DNA of 64,000 bases, from positions 388 through 64,387 of the forward strand of contig JAFUOQ010000015.1 of assembly GCA_017472695.1 (NCBI GenBank), written 5' to 3'. This document shows, piece by piece, positions 56,191 through 64,000 of the stretch; positions within the stretch are counted from its first letter, which is position 1; every line of letters begins with the position of its first letter. The position numbers were made by a program, and so were the translations under genes. Source of the DNA: Clostridia bacterium (lineage in GTDB: Bacteria > Bacillota > Clostridia > Oscillospirales > CAG-272). The notes beneath the pieces are model-generated. The model ran no database searches. It saw nothing but the letters and a program-made list of their open reading frames with translations, and was not told the origin of the DNA.

Positions 56191-56619
56191 TTATTCCTCC
56201 TCTGCCTCGTTTTGCTCTTTTGTTATAAATTTGCACTTAATTGGAAGCTTGTGCATAGCAAGACGCATAGCTTCTCTTGCAATTTCCTCGGAAACGCCGT
56301 CCATCTCGAACAATACTCTGCCCGGTTTAACAACGGCTACCCAATACTCAGGAGAACCTTTACCTGAACCCATACGAGTTTCAGCTGGCTTTTCTGTGAT
56401 TGGTTTGTCAGGGAATATCTTAATCCAAACCTGACCGCCACGACGAATGTATCTTGTCATAGCAATACGTGCTGCTTCAATTTGGTTTGCTGTGATCCAA
56501 GCTGGCTCAGTAGCAACGAGACCATATTGTCCGCTTGTAACCTTATTTCCGCGTGAAGCTTTACCCTTAAGGCGGCCTCTTTGTACACGTCTGTATTTTA
56601 CTCTTTTAGGCATTAACAT
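56191..56619 (-). CDS. rplP: 50S ribosomal protein L16
   Basis: [15 protein letters not shown]... Confidence 0.95.
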   Translation of the reverse strand: MLMPKRVKYRRVQRGRLKGKASRGNKVTSGQYGLVATEPAWITANQIEAARIAMTRYIRRGGQVWIKIFPDKPITEKPAETRMGSGKGSPEYWVAVVKPGRVLFEMDGVSEEIAREAMRLAMHKLPIKCKFITKEQNEAEEE

Positions 56620-57380
56620 TAGTGCTCGCCTCCTTCGGTATTCTTAGGAGCACGTGGTGCTCTGCGTGCATTGTTACGGCCTTCTTTAGCATCCTTGTTG
56701 AACTTTCTTCTTGGTCTGTCCTTCTTTTCTTCAGTTGTCTTGTTAACCTCAGAAAGAACCTCACCCTTATAAATCCAAACCTTAACGCCTATCTTACCGT
56801 AAGTTGTGTTAGCCTCCCAAAAACCATAGTCAATGTCAGCTCTGATTGTTTGTAGAGGAATTGTACCTTCATGGTAGTGCTCTGTACGAGCGATTTCAGC
56901 GCCTGCAAGACGACCGCTACAAGCGATCTTAATACCCTTAGCGCCAAGACGCATTGTTCTGCCGATTGCTTGCTTCATTGCACGACGGAATGCGATACGT
57001 CTTTCAAGTTGGCTACAAATGCTTTCTGCAACGAGTTGCGCGTCAAGATCGATTGGCTTAACTTCAACTACATTTACAACTGCCTTCTTGCCTGTGAGCT
57101 TTTCAACATCTTCTCTAATCTTGTCGATTTCAGAGCCACCCTTACCGATAATCATACCAGGCTTTGCACAGTGAATAAATACCTTAACTGTTTCTTTTGC
57201 GTCTCTTTCAATTTCGATCTTTGAGATACCAGCTGATAAAAGCTTATTTTTGAGATGTTCTCTCAAGTTATAGTCAGATACAAGGATATCGCCGAACTTT
57301 TCGTCAGATGCGTACCATCTTGAATCCCAATTTTTAATTACGCCAACGCGCAATCCATGAGGATTAACTTTTTGTCCCAT
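56619..57380 (-). CDS. rpsC: 30S ribosomal protein S3
   Basis: [13 protein letters not shown]...; basic C-terminal tail. Confidence 0.95.
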   Translation of the reverse strand: MGQKVNPHGLRVGVIKNWDSRWYASDEKFGDILVSDYNLREHLKNKLLSAGISKIEIERDAKETVKVFIHCAKPGMIIGKGGSEIDKIREDVEKLTGKKAVVNVVEVKPIDLDAQLVAESICSQLERRIAFRRAMKQAIGRTMRLGAKGIKIACSGRLAGAEIARTEHYHEGTIPLQTIRADIDYGFWEANTTYGKIGVKVWIYKGEVLSEVNKTTEEKKDRPRRKFNKDAKEGRNNARRAPRAPKNTEGGEH

Positions 57381-57393
57381 AGTCGACTCTCCT

Positions 57394-57732
57394 TTACTCT
57401 TTCTCTGCCACTACTACTGTAATGTGGCTTGTTCTCTTTAATATTCTGTTTGCGCTTCCCTTACCTCTAGGCATTACTCTTTTGAGCATATGGCTACCTG
57501 GTGTTACGAAGCAACTTGAAACATAAAGTTTCGATTTGTCCATGTTATGATTGTTCTCAGCATTCGCTACTGCGCTAGCAAGAACCTTCTCAAGAATTTC
57601 AGCACCTCTTTTTGGTGTGTTCTTAAGAATAGCTGCTGCCATTTCAACATCCTTGCCACGAATAAGGTCAAGAACTATTTGAACTTTGCGAGGAGCGATG
57701 CGAACATCATATAGATATGCTTTAGCTTCCAT
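57394..57732 (-). CDS. rplV: 50S ribosomal protein L22
   Basis: Translation matches uL22. Confidence 0.95.
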   Translation of the reverse strand: MEAKAYLYDVRIAPRKVQIVLDLIRGKDVEMAAAILKNTPKRGAEILEKVLASAVANAENNHNMDKSKLYVSSCFVTPGSHMLKRVMPRGKGSANRILKRTSHITVVVAEKE

Positions 57733-57746
57733 GTGATGTTATCTCC

Positions 57747-58031
57747 TTATTTCTTACCGTTATTAGATGTTTTTGATCCTGCGTGACCCTTGAATGTTCT
57801 TGTAAGAGCAAACTCACCGAGCTTGTGTCCTACCATATCTTCGGTTACATATACTGGAACATGCTTTCTGCCGTCATGAACAGCAATTGTATGTCCAACA
57901 AACTCTGGGAAAATTGTTGAAGAACGTGACCAGGTCTTCAAAACTTTCTTTTCGCCTTTTTCGTTCATAGCTACTACACGATTGAAGAGCTTTTCTTCTA
58001 CGTAAGGCATCTTTTTCGAACTTCTGCTCAT
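57747..58031 (-). CDS. rpsS: 30S ribosomal protein S19
   Basis: [15 protein letters not shown]... Confidence 0.95.
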   Translation of the reverse strand: MSRSSKKMPYVEEKLFNRVVAMNEKGEKKVLKTWSRSSTIFPEFVGHTIAVHDGRKHVPVYVTEDMVGHKLGEFALTRTFKGHAGSKTSNNGKK

Positions 58032-58045
58032 TATTTCTTCCTCCC

Positions 58046-58873
58046 TTATCTACCGTTTCTTCTCTTAACGATGTATTTGTTGGTTCTTGCCTTTTTATTT
58101 CTTGTCTTGTAACCAAGAGCAGGTTTACCCCAAGGAGTTACAGGGCCTGGTCTACCAACTGGAGACTTACCTTCACCACCACCGTGAGGGTGATCGCATG
58201 GGTTCATTACAGAACCACGTACTGTTGGGCGGATACCCATGTGACGTGTCTTACCTGCTTTACCGATCTTAACAGTATCATGCTCGATGTTACCGATTTG
58301 ACCGATTGTAGCCTTGCAATCAAGTCTTACAAGTCTTACCTCACCTGAAGGAAGACGAACTTGTGCCATGCCGTTTTCTTTAGCCATAAGCTGTGCTTGA
58401 GCACCAGCTGTACGAACAAGCTGACCGCCCTTACCAGGATAAAGCTCAATATTGTGAATGATTGTACCTACTGGAATGTTTTCAATAGGAAGTGTGTTAC
58501 CTGGCTTAATGTCTGCATCAGCACCGGAGTAAAGAACGTCGCCGTCTGTTACGCCGAGAGGAGCGATTACATAGCTCTTCTTGCCTTCCTCATTTTGGAG
58601 AAGTGCAATGTAAGAAGTTCTATTTGGGTCGTATTCAACACCGATAACAGTGTTCTTACCTTCTTCTCTCTTGAAGTCGATAATTCTGTACTTTTGCTTG
58701 TTTCCGCCGCCTTGGTGACGAACTGTAATCTTACCATAGCTATTACGTCCTGCGTGCTTTTTCTTTGTCTCGATCAAGCTCTTTTCAGGAGTAAACTTTG
58801 TAACCTCATCAAATGAAGCCACTGACATGTGTCTTCTTGAAGGTGTCGTGGGTTTATATTTCATTGTTGCCAT
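58046..58873 (-). CDS. rplB: 50S ribosomal protein L2
   Basis: ...[14 protein letters not shown]... Confidence 0.95.
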   Translation of the reverse strand: MATMKYKPTTPSRRHMSVASFDEVTKFTPEKSLIETKKKHAGRNSYGKITVRHQGGGNKQKYRIIDFKREEGKNTVIGVEYDPNRTSYIALLQNEEGKKSYVIAPLGVTDGDVLYSGADADIKPGNTLPIENIPVGTIIHNIELYPGKGGQLVRTAGAQAQLMAKENGMAQVRLPSGEVRLVRLDCKATIGQIGNIEHDTVKIGKAGKTRHMGIRPTVRGSVMNPCDHPHGGGEGKSPVGRPGPVTPWGKPALGYKTRNKKARTNKYIVKRRNGR

Positions 58874-58891
58874 TTGACTTTACCTCCCACA

Positions 58892-59185
58892 TTAGTTCAA
58901 GCCGTTAAAGAACTCGATTTCCTTTGAAGAAGCTGTAAGTGTTACAATTGCTTTCTTCCATTCGGATGTGTAACCGAAGTGGTATCCAAGTCTCTTTGGC
59001 TTTTTCTTCATATTTATTGTATTAACCTTTGCAACCTCTACACCGAAGAGCTCTTCAACTGCTTTTGCAATCTCTGGCTTTGTAGCGTCTGTTGCAACTT
59101 GGAATGTATATTTCTTGCTTGAAATACCATCCATTGATTTTTCTGTAATAATTGGTTTGAGGATTATGTCCTGAGCAAATTTCAT
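58892..59185 (-). CDS. rplW: 50S ribosomal protein L23
   Basis: Translation matches uL23. Confidence 0.95.
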   Translation of the reverse strand: MKFAQDIILKPIITEKSMDGISSKKYTFQVATDATKPEIAKAVEELFGVEVAKVNTINMKKKPKRLGYHFGYTSEWKKAIVTLTASSKEIEFFNGLN

Positions 59186-59808
59186 TACGCATATACCTCC
59201 TCTAATTTTTGTACTGCAGCTTGTGCAAATACGATGGTGTTGCAGTTAAGGATATCATAAACATTAAGTGTGTTTGTGTAAGCAACCTTAACACCTGGGA
59301 TGTTTGCGAGGCTCTTTACAACCATTTCGTTTTTAGCATCAAGAACTACGAGAGCCTTTTTGCCAGCGCCGATAGCTGAAAGCATACCTGCCATAACCTT
59401 TGTCTTGTAGTTTTCTGCAACGATTGCATCAACTACTACCATTTCATTGTTAGCAACCTTGGAGCTCAAAGCGCTGAACAATGCGATTTGCTTAACCTTC
59501 TTATTAAGCTTCTTTGTATAAGAACGTGGCTTTGGACCAAGAGCGATTCCACCGTGTGTCCATTGTGGTGAACGTGTTGATCCTTGTCTTGCTCTACCTG
59601 TTCCCTTTTGTTTCCATGGCTTCTTACCGCCACCAGAAACCTCACTTCTTGTAAGTGTTGACTGTGTACCTTGTCTTTGGTTGAGAAGATATGTTCTCAC
59701 TGCAGCGTGGAGGACAGCCTTGTTAACATCAGCGCCGAAAATAACGTCGGACAAAGTGATTTCTCCAACCTCTGCGCCAGTCATATTTACAACTTTAATA
59801 CTTGGCAT
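59185..59808 (-). CDS. rplD: 50S ribosomal protein L4
   Basis: Translation matches uL4. Confidence 0.95.
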   Translation of the reverse strand: MPSIKVVNMTGAEVGEITLSDVIFGADVNKAVLHAAVRTYLLNQRQGTQSTLTRSEVSGGGKKPWKQKGTGRARQGSTRSPQWTHGGIALGPKPRSYTKKLNKKVKQIALFSALSSKVANNEMVVVDAIVAENYKTKVMAGMLSAIGAGKKALVVLDAKNEMVVKSLANIPGVKVAYTNTLNVYDILNCNTIVFAQAAVQKLEEVYA

Positions 59809-59826
59809 TGTTTATTCCTCCTTTGA

Positions 59827-60459
59827 TTATGCTTTTACGCTGTTGCGAAGAACCACGATGCTGTTCTTAGCACCTGGAACAGCGCCCTTAACAGCGATAA
59901 GATTCTTCTCTGCGTCGATTTTTACGATTTCAAGGTTAAGTACTGTAACTTGCTCGTTACCGTATTGACCTGCCATTTTCTTGTTTTTGAACACTCTTGA
60001 TGGTGTTGAGTTAGCACCCATTGAACCAACTTGACGGTGGATTGGACCTGTACCGTGAGTTGCTTGAAGCATATGGTGACCCCATCTCTTAACTGCGCCT
60101 GAATAACCATGGCCCTTTGTAATGCCTGTAATGTCGACCTTTTCGCCTTGTGCGAAGGTATCGGCTGCTATTACGTCGCCTACGTTGTAGTCAGCTGCAT
60201 TCTCAAGTCTGAATTCCTTAAGATGCTTCTTTGCTTGAACACCTGCTTTTTCAAAGTGTCCCTTAGCTGGTTTGTTTACGTGCTTTGCGGATACGTCTTC
60301 ATATCCTACTTGGATAGCATTGTAGCCATCTGTTTCTGTGGTCTTCTTTTGTGTAACCACACAAGGACCGGCCTCGATAACTGTAACAGGGATTACTGCG
60401 CCGTTTTCAGCGAAGATCTGTGTCATACCGAGCTTCTTACCGATAATTCCTTTTTTCAT
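59827..60459 (-). CDS. rplC: 50S ribosomal protein L3
   Basis: [16 protein letters not shown]...; the ATG at 60459 lies 8 nt after GGAGG, which falls inside the longer ORF version. Confidence 0.95.
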   Translation of the reverse strand: MKKGIIGKKLGMTQIFAENGAVIPVTVIEAGPCVVTQKKTTETDGYNAIQVGYEDVSAKHVNKPAKGHFEKAGVQAKKHLKEFRLENAADYNVGDVIAADTFAQGEKVDITGITKGHGYSGAVKRWGHHMLQATHGTGPIHRQVGSMGANSTPSRVFKNKKMAGQYGNEQVTVLNLEIVKIDAEKNLIAVKGAVPGAKNSIVVLRNSVKA

Positions 60460-60618
60460 TTTGCTTTCCTCCATATTATTTGGTTATTGGTTGACGTTTA
60501 TTTTCGTCGTAGCCTTCGACACGTCAACTTGACCTGACCGTCATCATAGACTTACGCTTGCGAGTAACTGTAAGCTGCTACTGCTCGGTGGGGTTTGGCT
60601 TTTCATCTTTAGCGAGAA

Positions 60619-60930
60619 TTAAAGCTTAACTTCAATTTCAACGCCTGCAGACAATTCAAGACTCATTATAGCATCGAGAGCCTTCTTTGATGGCTTAACG
60701 ATCTCGATAAGTCTTTTGTGTGTGCGTTGCTCAAATTGCTCACGACTGTCCTTGTACTTGTGTACCGCACGGAGAATTGTTACAATCTCTTTTTCGGTTG
60801 GGAGTGGAATAGGACCCGATACTGTCGCGCCATTTCTTTTAGCCGCATCAACGATCTTTTCAGCAGCAGAGTCTACGAGCTTGTGGTCGTAACCCTTAAT
60901 TCTTACTCTGATCTTTTCATTTACTGCCAT
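60619..60930 (-). CDS. rpsJ: 30S ribosomal protein S10
   Basis: [20 protein letters not shown]... Confidence 0.95.
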   Translation of the reverse strand: MAVNEKIRVRIKGYDHKLVDSAAEKIVDAAKRNGATVSGPIPLPTEKEIVTILRAVHKYKDSREQFEQRTHKRLIEIVKPSKKALDAIMSLELSAGVEIEVKL

Positions 60931-61190
60931 TTTGCTTTCCTCCTTAATTAGAAATTTGACGGGGACTTTCGCTCTTACACCGTCCCGTGTGTTTCCCTCA
61001 CCTGCTTAACAAATCCGAACCTCACGGTTCGGTACAAATGCAAGCGGGTGCGTGTCAGACCTGTGCTGACAGGAGATACACTTTGCTGCATTTAGCTGCT
61101 TTGTGAATCGAACGCGCTCCACGAAAATTCCCTCCAAATGCCATAGCAGTAGCACATTTGAAGCAACCTTTCGTTTCTCCACACGTTAAG
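60931..61190 (-). promoter_or_regulatory. Long GC-rich structured 5' leader of the S10 operon
   Basis: It lies between the predicted promoter and the rpsJ RBS. Hairpins are at 60999-61050 (apical CCGAACC-GUGA-GGUUCGG) and 60961-60988; no ORF. Confidence 0.5.
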
Positions 61191-61197
61191 CCTTGTT

Positions 61198-61226
61198 ATT
61201 TTATCATATATATGGAAATTTGTCAA
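61198..61226 (-). promoter_or_regulatory. Sigma-A type promoter of the S10-spc-alpha superoperon
   Basis: On the minus strand: TTGACA (61221-26), 17 nt, TAAAAT (61198-61203). Confidence 0.6.
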
Positions 61227-61513
61227 TTATTTTTTAAAAAATTTCACAATTTATATTTTAGCCAAATGTAAAAAACACGGTCGTTTTTGTACAAATTGAC
61301 GAAAATATTTATAATTTCACCTCTAAAAAGTCATTTTTGACTCTGAAAATCGCCATTTTCTATTAAAAGTTTATTAAAATTTCGTATGATTGCACAAAAT
61401 GTCATTTTTGAAAATTTGGATTTTTTCTTCCTTATTTATATATAAGTTACTATTATATAAGGTATTTTTGATAATTACTTGAATTTTCAATTTCTCTCCA
61501 AGGGCAAAAGAAA

Positions 61514-61575
61514 AACGGATTTTCAAGTGATTTTTTCTCAATTTCACACAAAAAATCCGTTGTTTTTGCTCTTTT
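61514..61575 (-). terminator. Possible araD terminator (long-loop hairpin)
   Basis: AACGGATTTT(61514-23)/AAAATCCGTT(61552-61) stem with a 28-nt loop; a U-rich tract follows on the minus strand. Confidence 0.4.
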
Positions 61576-61579
61576 TTAA

Positions 61580-62284
61580 TTATTTTTTCTGTCCATAATA
61601 TGCGTTTGGACCATGCTTTCTATCATAATGCTTGCGCAAAAGAACCTCTTGCATTCTTTCCACATTTCCATTTGCTTGATACATCAGCATTTCGGTATTA
61701 TAAGACATCATAGCAACCTGCTCAAGAACAACCGCCGCTTCAACAGAGGCCTTTGCGTTGTCACCCCATGTAAATGGGCCATGAGAATAAACAAGTGCCG
61801 CGTGCATCTGTTGTACACCCGTTTCCTTTAGTGCCTCAAGTATGACTGTTCCGGTTTCTTTTTCATACTCTCCCTTAATTTCCGCATCTGTCATCTTTCT
61901 TGTGCAAGGGATTGTTGTGCCGAAGTAATCAGCGTGAGTTGTGCCATATGGAGTTATTCCTCTGCCAACCTGTGCATAGATAGTTGCCCAAGGGGAGTGT
62001 GTATGAGTTACTCCACCAATTTCGGGATAAGCCTTATATAGCTCTAGGTGAGTTGGTGTATCAGAGGAAGGCTTTAGATTGCCCTCTACAACATTGCCGT
62101 CAAGGTCAACAACAGGTAGCATATCGGGAGTTAAGTCATCATACTCAACGCCAGATGGTTTAATAACGACCAAGCCCTTTTCTCTATCTATTCCACTAAC
62201 ATTTCCCCAAGTAAAGGTGATGAGATTGTATTTAACAAGCATCATATTCGCTTCATAAACTTCTTTTTTTAGTTCTTCTAACAT
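61580..62284 (-). CDS. araD: L-ribulose-5-phosphate 4-epimerase (class II aldolase/adducin family)
   Basis: ...[27 protein letters not shown]...[12 protein letters not shown]...[12 protein letters not shown]... Confidence 0.8.
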   Translation of the reverse strand: MLEELKKEVYEANMMLVKYNLITFTWGNVSGIDREKGLVVIKPSGVEYDDLTPDMLPVVDLDGNVVEGNLKPSSDTPTHLELYKAYPEIGGVTHTHSPWATIYAQVGRGITPYGTTHADYFGTTIPCTRKMTDAEIKGEYEKETGTVILEALKETGVQQMHAALVYSHGPFTWGDNAKASVEAAVVLEQVAMMSYNTEMLMYQANGNVERMQEVLLRKHYDRKHGPNAYYGQKK

Positions 62285-62320
62285 ATTATCCTCCGTGTAG
62301 GTCTTTATTTTTACATTTTA

Positions 62321-62349
62321 ATAGTATCAAATAATTTAGATTTAGTCAA
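62321..62349 (-). promoter_or_regulatory. Sigma-A type promoter for araD, with an overlapping palindrome
   Basis: On the minus strand: TTGACT (62344-49), 17 nt, TACTAT (62321-26). The palindrome TTTAGT-CAAT-ACTAAA at 62341-62356 covers the -35. Confidence 0.45.
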
Positions 62350-62450
62350 TACTAAATTTGAATTTATAATTATATTTTACTTCAAATGCTTGATTTTCAG
62401 TTTTTTATATGATAAACTCAAAATATCAATTTTTGTGAAAGGATATTCAA

Positions 62451-63335
62451 ATGAAAAAAACCAATTCATTGTTTAATATTTTTCTTTCAATTACTCTATT
62501 TTCATCAGTAATTGCGCTAATCTTTGCATCCTTATCACTTTCATTAAGATATAGCGAGGTGATTGCCAACATCAAGGTTAACTCACCCATTTCAATAGTA
62601 TTTATAATCTTCATGACACTTTCCGTGCTATTACCAGTTGTTCAAGCATTTGTTATTAAGGACTATAAAATAACAAGGATAAAGAATGACACCATATTTT
62701 CAAAGATTTCATCTATTTTAGTTTCTTGCCTGCTTTTTGCCTTGTCAATTGCTGATTTAGTATCAATTGGAAAAGGTGCTTCAAGCAACCCCTATTACTC
62801 ATTAGAAATATGGAAGCTTTTGAGAGCATTTATTGCCGTGCCATTCATTTTAAGCTTGATATTTAATTCTTTTTTAAGAAACGCAAGAATCCCTGCGTTT
62901 GTAAGATATGCATGCTCGATTTCTCCCATTGCTTGGACCTTGTTTTCTGTTTTGGCAATATACTTTCATAAAGGTCCAGCTCCAATGCCGGAATTCTTTA
63001 GAATAATGTTTTCACTGGTATACATTTTTAGTGCATTATTCTTCTTATATGATTTCAAGTGGAACTACTTAACCAGTAACACAAAATTTTATGTGGCAAT
63101 ATCCACTATATTCACCTCATTCTCGTTTATCGTTTCGATTTCCTCATTAGTCGGCTTAATTTTCGGTCTTTCGAGCAACCACATAGTAATCAGTGCTGTG
63201 GAAATGATAGCATCATTCTCGCTTGGAATTTACAGTCTTGCAAGATTGCTTTCAATAAAGCGCGCGGTTTCCATCACAGCAAAGCAAGAAAACGCAAAAA
63301 TTGAACACTGCCTCAAGCAAAATGAGAAAAAATAA
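62451..63335 (+). CDS. Polytopic membrane protein of unknown function (294 aa)
   Basis: About 8 hydrophobic segments; no recognisable motif. Confidence 0.6.
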   Translation: MKKTNSLFNIFLSITLFSSVIALIFASLSLSLRYSEVIANIKVNSPISIVFIIFMTLSVLLPVVQAFVIKDYKITRIKNDTIFSKISSILVSCLLFALSIADLVSIGKGASSNPYYSLEIWKLLRAFIAVPFILSLIFNSFLRNARIPAFVRYACSISPIAWTLFSVLAIYFHKGPAPMPEFFRIMFSLVYIFSALFFLYDFKWNYLTSNTKFYVAISTIFTSFSFIVSISSLVGLIFGLSSNHIVISAVEMIASFSLGIYSLARLLSIKRAVSITAKQENAKIEHCLKQNEKK

Positions 63336-63415
63336 ACCAATTTGATAACAAAAAACAACATTTATTGCAGCCAAGCAAAGCATCAAATTTAGACACTCCC
63401 TAGGCAAAAATCAAA

Positions 63416-63458
63416 TAAAAACAACGGTCTGTTGCAAATTGCAACAGACCGTTTTCTT
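63416..63458. terminator. Bidirectional intrinsic terminator
   Basis: AACGGTCTGTTGCA(63423-36)/TGCAACAGACCGTT(63440-53) stem, flanked by A and T runs. Confidence 0.75.
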
Positions 63459-63490
63459 TGAAAAGCGGCGTAGAGTGTTTGTTTTTGGCT

Positions 63491-64000
63491 TTACGCCATT
63501 TTTTCGAACTTCTCTTGTGTAATTTCATATTGAGTTTGCTTGTCAGCCAAAACACGCTCAAATTCATCAATCATATATTCTGCCATTCTGCCAACCTCAT
63601 TTGCTTGGCTACCAGCTATATGAGGTGTTAAGAAGATATTATCAAGCTTGTAAAAATCGCTTCCCTCCACAGGCGGCTCATCTATTGTTACATCGAGGAG
63701 TGCGCAAATGTCACGTCTATCACGAAGTGTCTTTAGCATACCAGGCTCGTCAACCTGCGCACCACGACCTGTGTTAATAAATACAGTATTTGGCTTCATA
63801 AGTCTAAAGTGCTCTTCCTTTATAATTCCTACAGTTGCAGGAACGTTTGCAAGGTGGTTTGAAATCACATCACATTCAGAGAAAATCTCCTCAAGAGTTG
63901 CCTTTTTAGCACCTAAAGCCTTTATTGCACTCTTTGGCAAGAACTCATCATAAACATAAAATTGAAGTGAGAACTTTTTAAGAAGCTGTATTACTTTTCT
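63491..64000 (-). CDS. D-isomer-specific 2-hydroxyacid dehydrogenase family protein, C-terminal part (the gene continues past the window end)
   Basis: ...FINTGRGAQVDE...LDVTIDEPP...LTPHIAGS... The frame stays open upstream of the ORF-track TTG start, to position 64000. Confidence 0.75.
   Translation of the reverse strand, partial: RKVIQLLKKFSLQFYVYDEFLPKSAIKALGAKKATLEEIFSECDVISNHLANVPATVGIIKEEHFRLMKPNTVFINTGRGAQVDEPGMLKTLRDRRDICALLDVTIDEPPVEGSDFYKLDNIFLTPHIAGSQANEVGRMAEYMIDEFERVLADKQTQYEITQEKFEKMA

Noticed and set aside
58361-58816. 151-aa plus-strand ORF antisense to rplB; also 60109-60537 antisense to rplC, 55866-56228 and 56871-57224 antisense to r-protein genes, and out-of-frame same-strand ORFs at 52904-53245 and 57874-58116
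   Set aside because: They overlap universally conserved ribosomal protein genes, and their translations are Cys/Leu/Phe-rich noise.
60961-60988. GAGCGAAAGTCCCC in the S10 leader resembles the RNase P CR-I motif GAGGAAAGTCC
   Set aside because: The context is wrong: it is a 260-nt leader directly abutting the rpsJ RBS. No other RNase P conserved regions are present, so this is treated as coincidence.
61240-61500. AT-rich region with short repeated strings (GTCATTTTTGA twice, palindrome TTTGTACAAA, imperfect inverted repeat CCTTATTTA…TATATAAGG) checked as a possible CRISPR array, AraR box or mobile-element end
   Set aside because: There is no regular repeat-spacer periodicity. The TTTGTACAAA palindrome lacks the central GTAC duplication of the AraR operator and lies downstream of araD, not upstream. 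No transposase or target duplication is present.

Overview
This 64 kb window comes from a low-GC, spore-forming Firmicute, probably a Clostridia or Oscillospiraceae-like gut or rumen organism. That guess rests on spoVM, spoIIR, remA, the r-protein gene order and codon usage. I recognised no rRNA, tRNA, CRISPR array, transposase or integrase. Layout: (1) 114-13740 is the only clearly accessory block. It holds a stand-alone small-peptide gene, then a 13 kb, seven-gene minus-strand operon. The operon encodes a 1246-aa solute-binding-protein fusion, two complete MalF/MalG-type permease pairs, a 759-aa NHL-propeller/Yip1 membrane fusion and a 960-aa secreted protein of unknown function. I found no ATPase, no recognisable glycoside hydrolase and no regulator in it. 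This is my best candidate for an undescribed system. (2) 14.1-26.4 kb carries housekeeping genes: glcK, recG, a GC-rich non-coding island plus an XRE regulator, a DUF1846 protein, a PPi-type phosphofructokinase, hpf, the nucleoside-salvage cluster deoC-deoD-deoB-cdd-pdp, and an spoVM-like 24-codon ORF absent from the ORF track. (3) 26.4-43.2 kb on the minus strand carries a GH36-like enzyme, a PHP esterase, the conserved priA-def-fmt-rsmB-rlmN-stp-stk-rsgA block, yicC-remA-gmk-rpoZ, a DUF5685-like/J-domain/membrane-protein trio and spoIIR. (4) pfkA (ATP-type) follows. (5) 45.0-60.9 kb is the complete S10-spc-alpha ribosomal superoperon: 31 genes including secY, adk, map, infA, rpoA, and rpmD, which the ORF track missed. 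It has a roughly 260-nt GC-rich structured leader and several unusually long structured internal spacers. (6) The window ends with an orphan araD, a polytopic membrane protein and a partial 2-hydroxyacid dehydrogenase. All functional calls come from reading the translations and motifs by eye; no database search was run.
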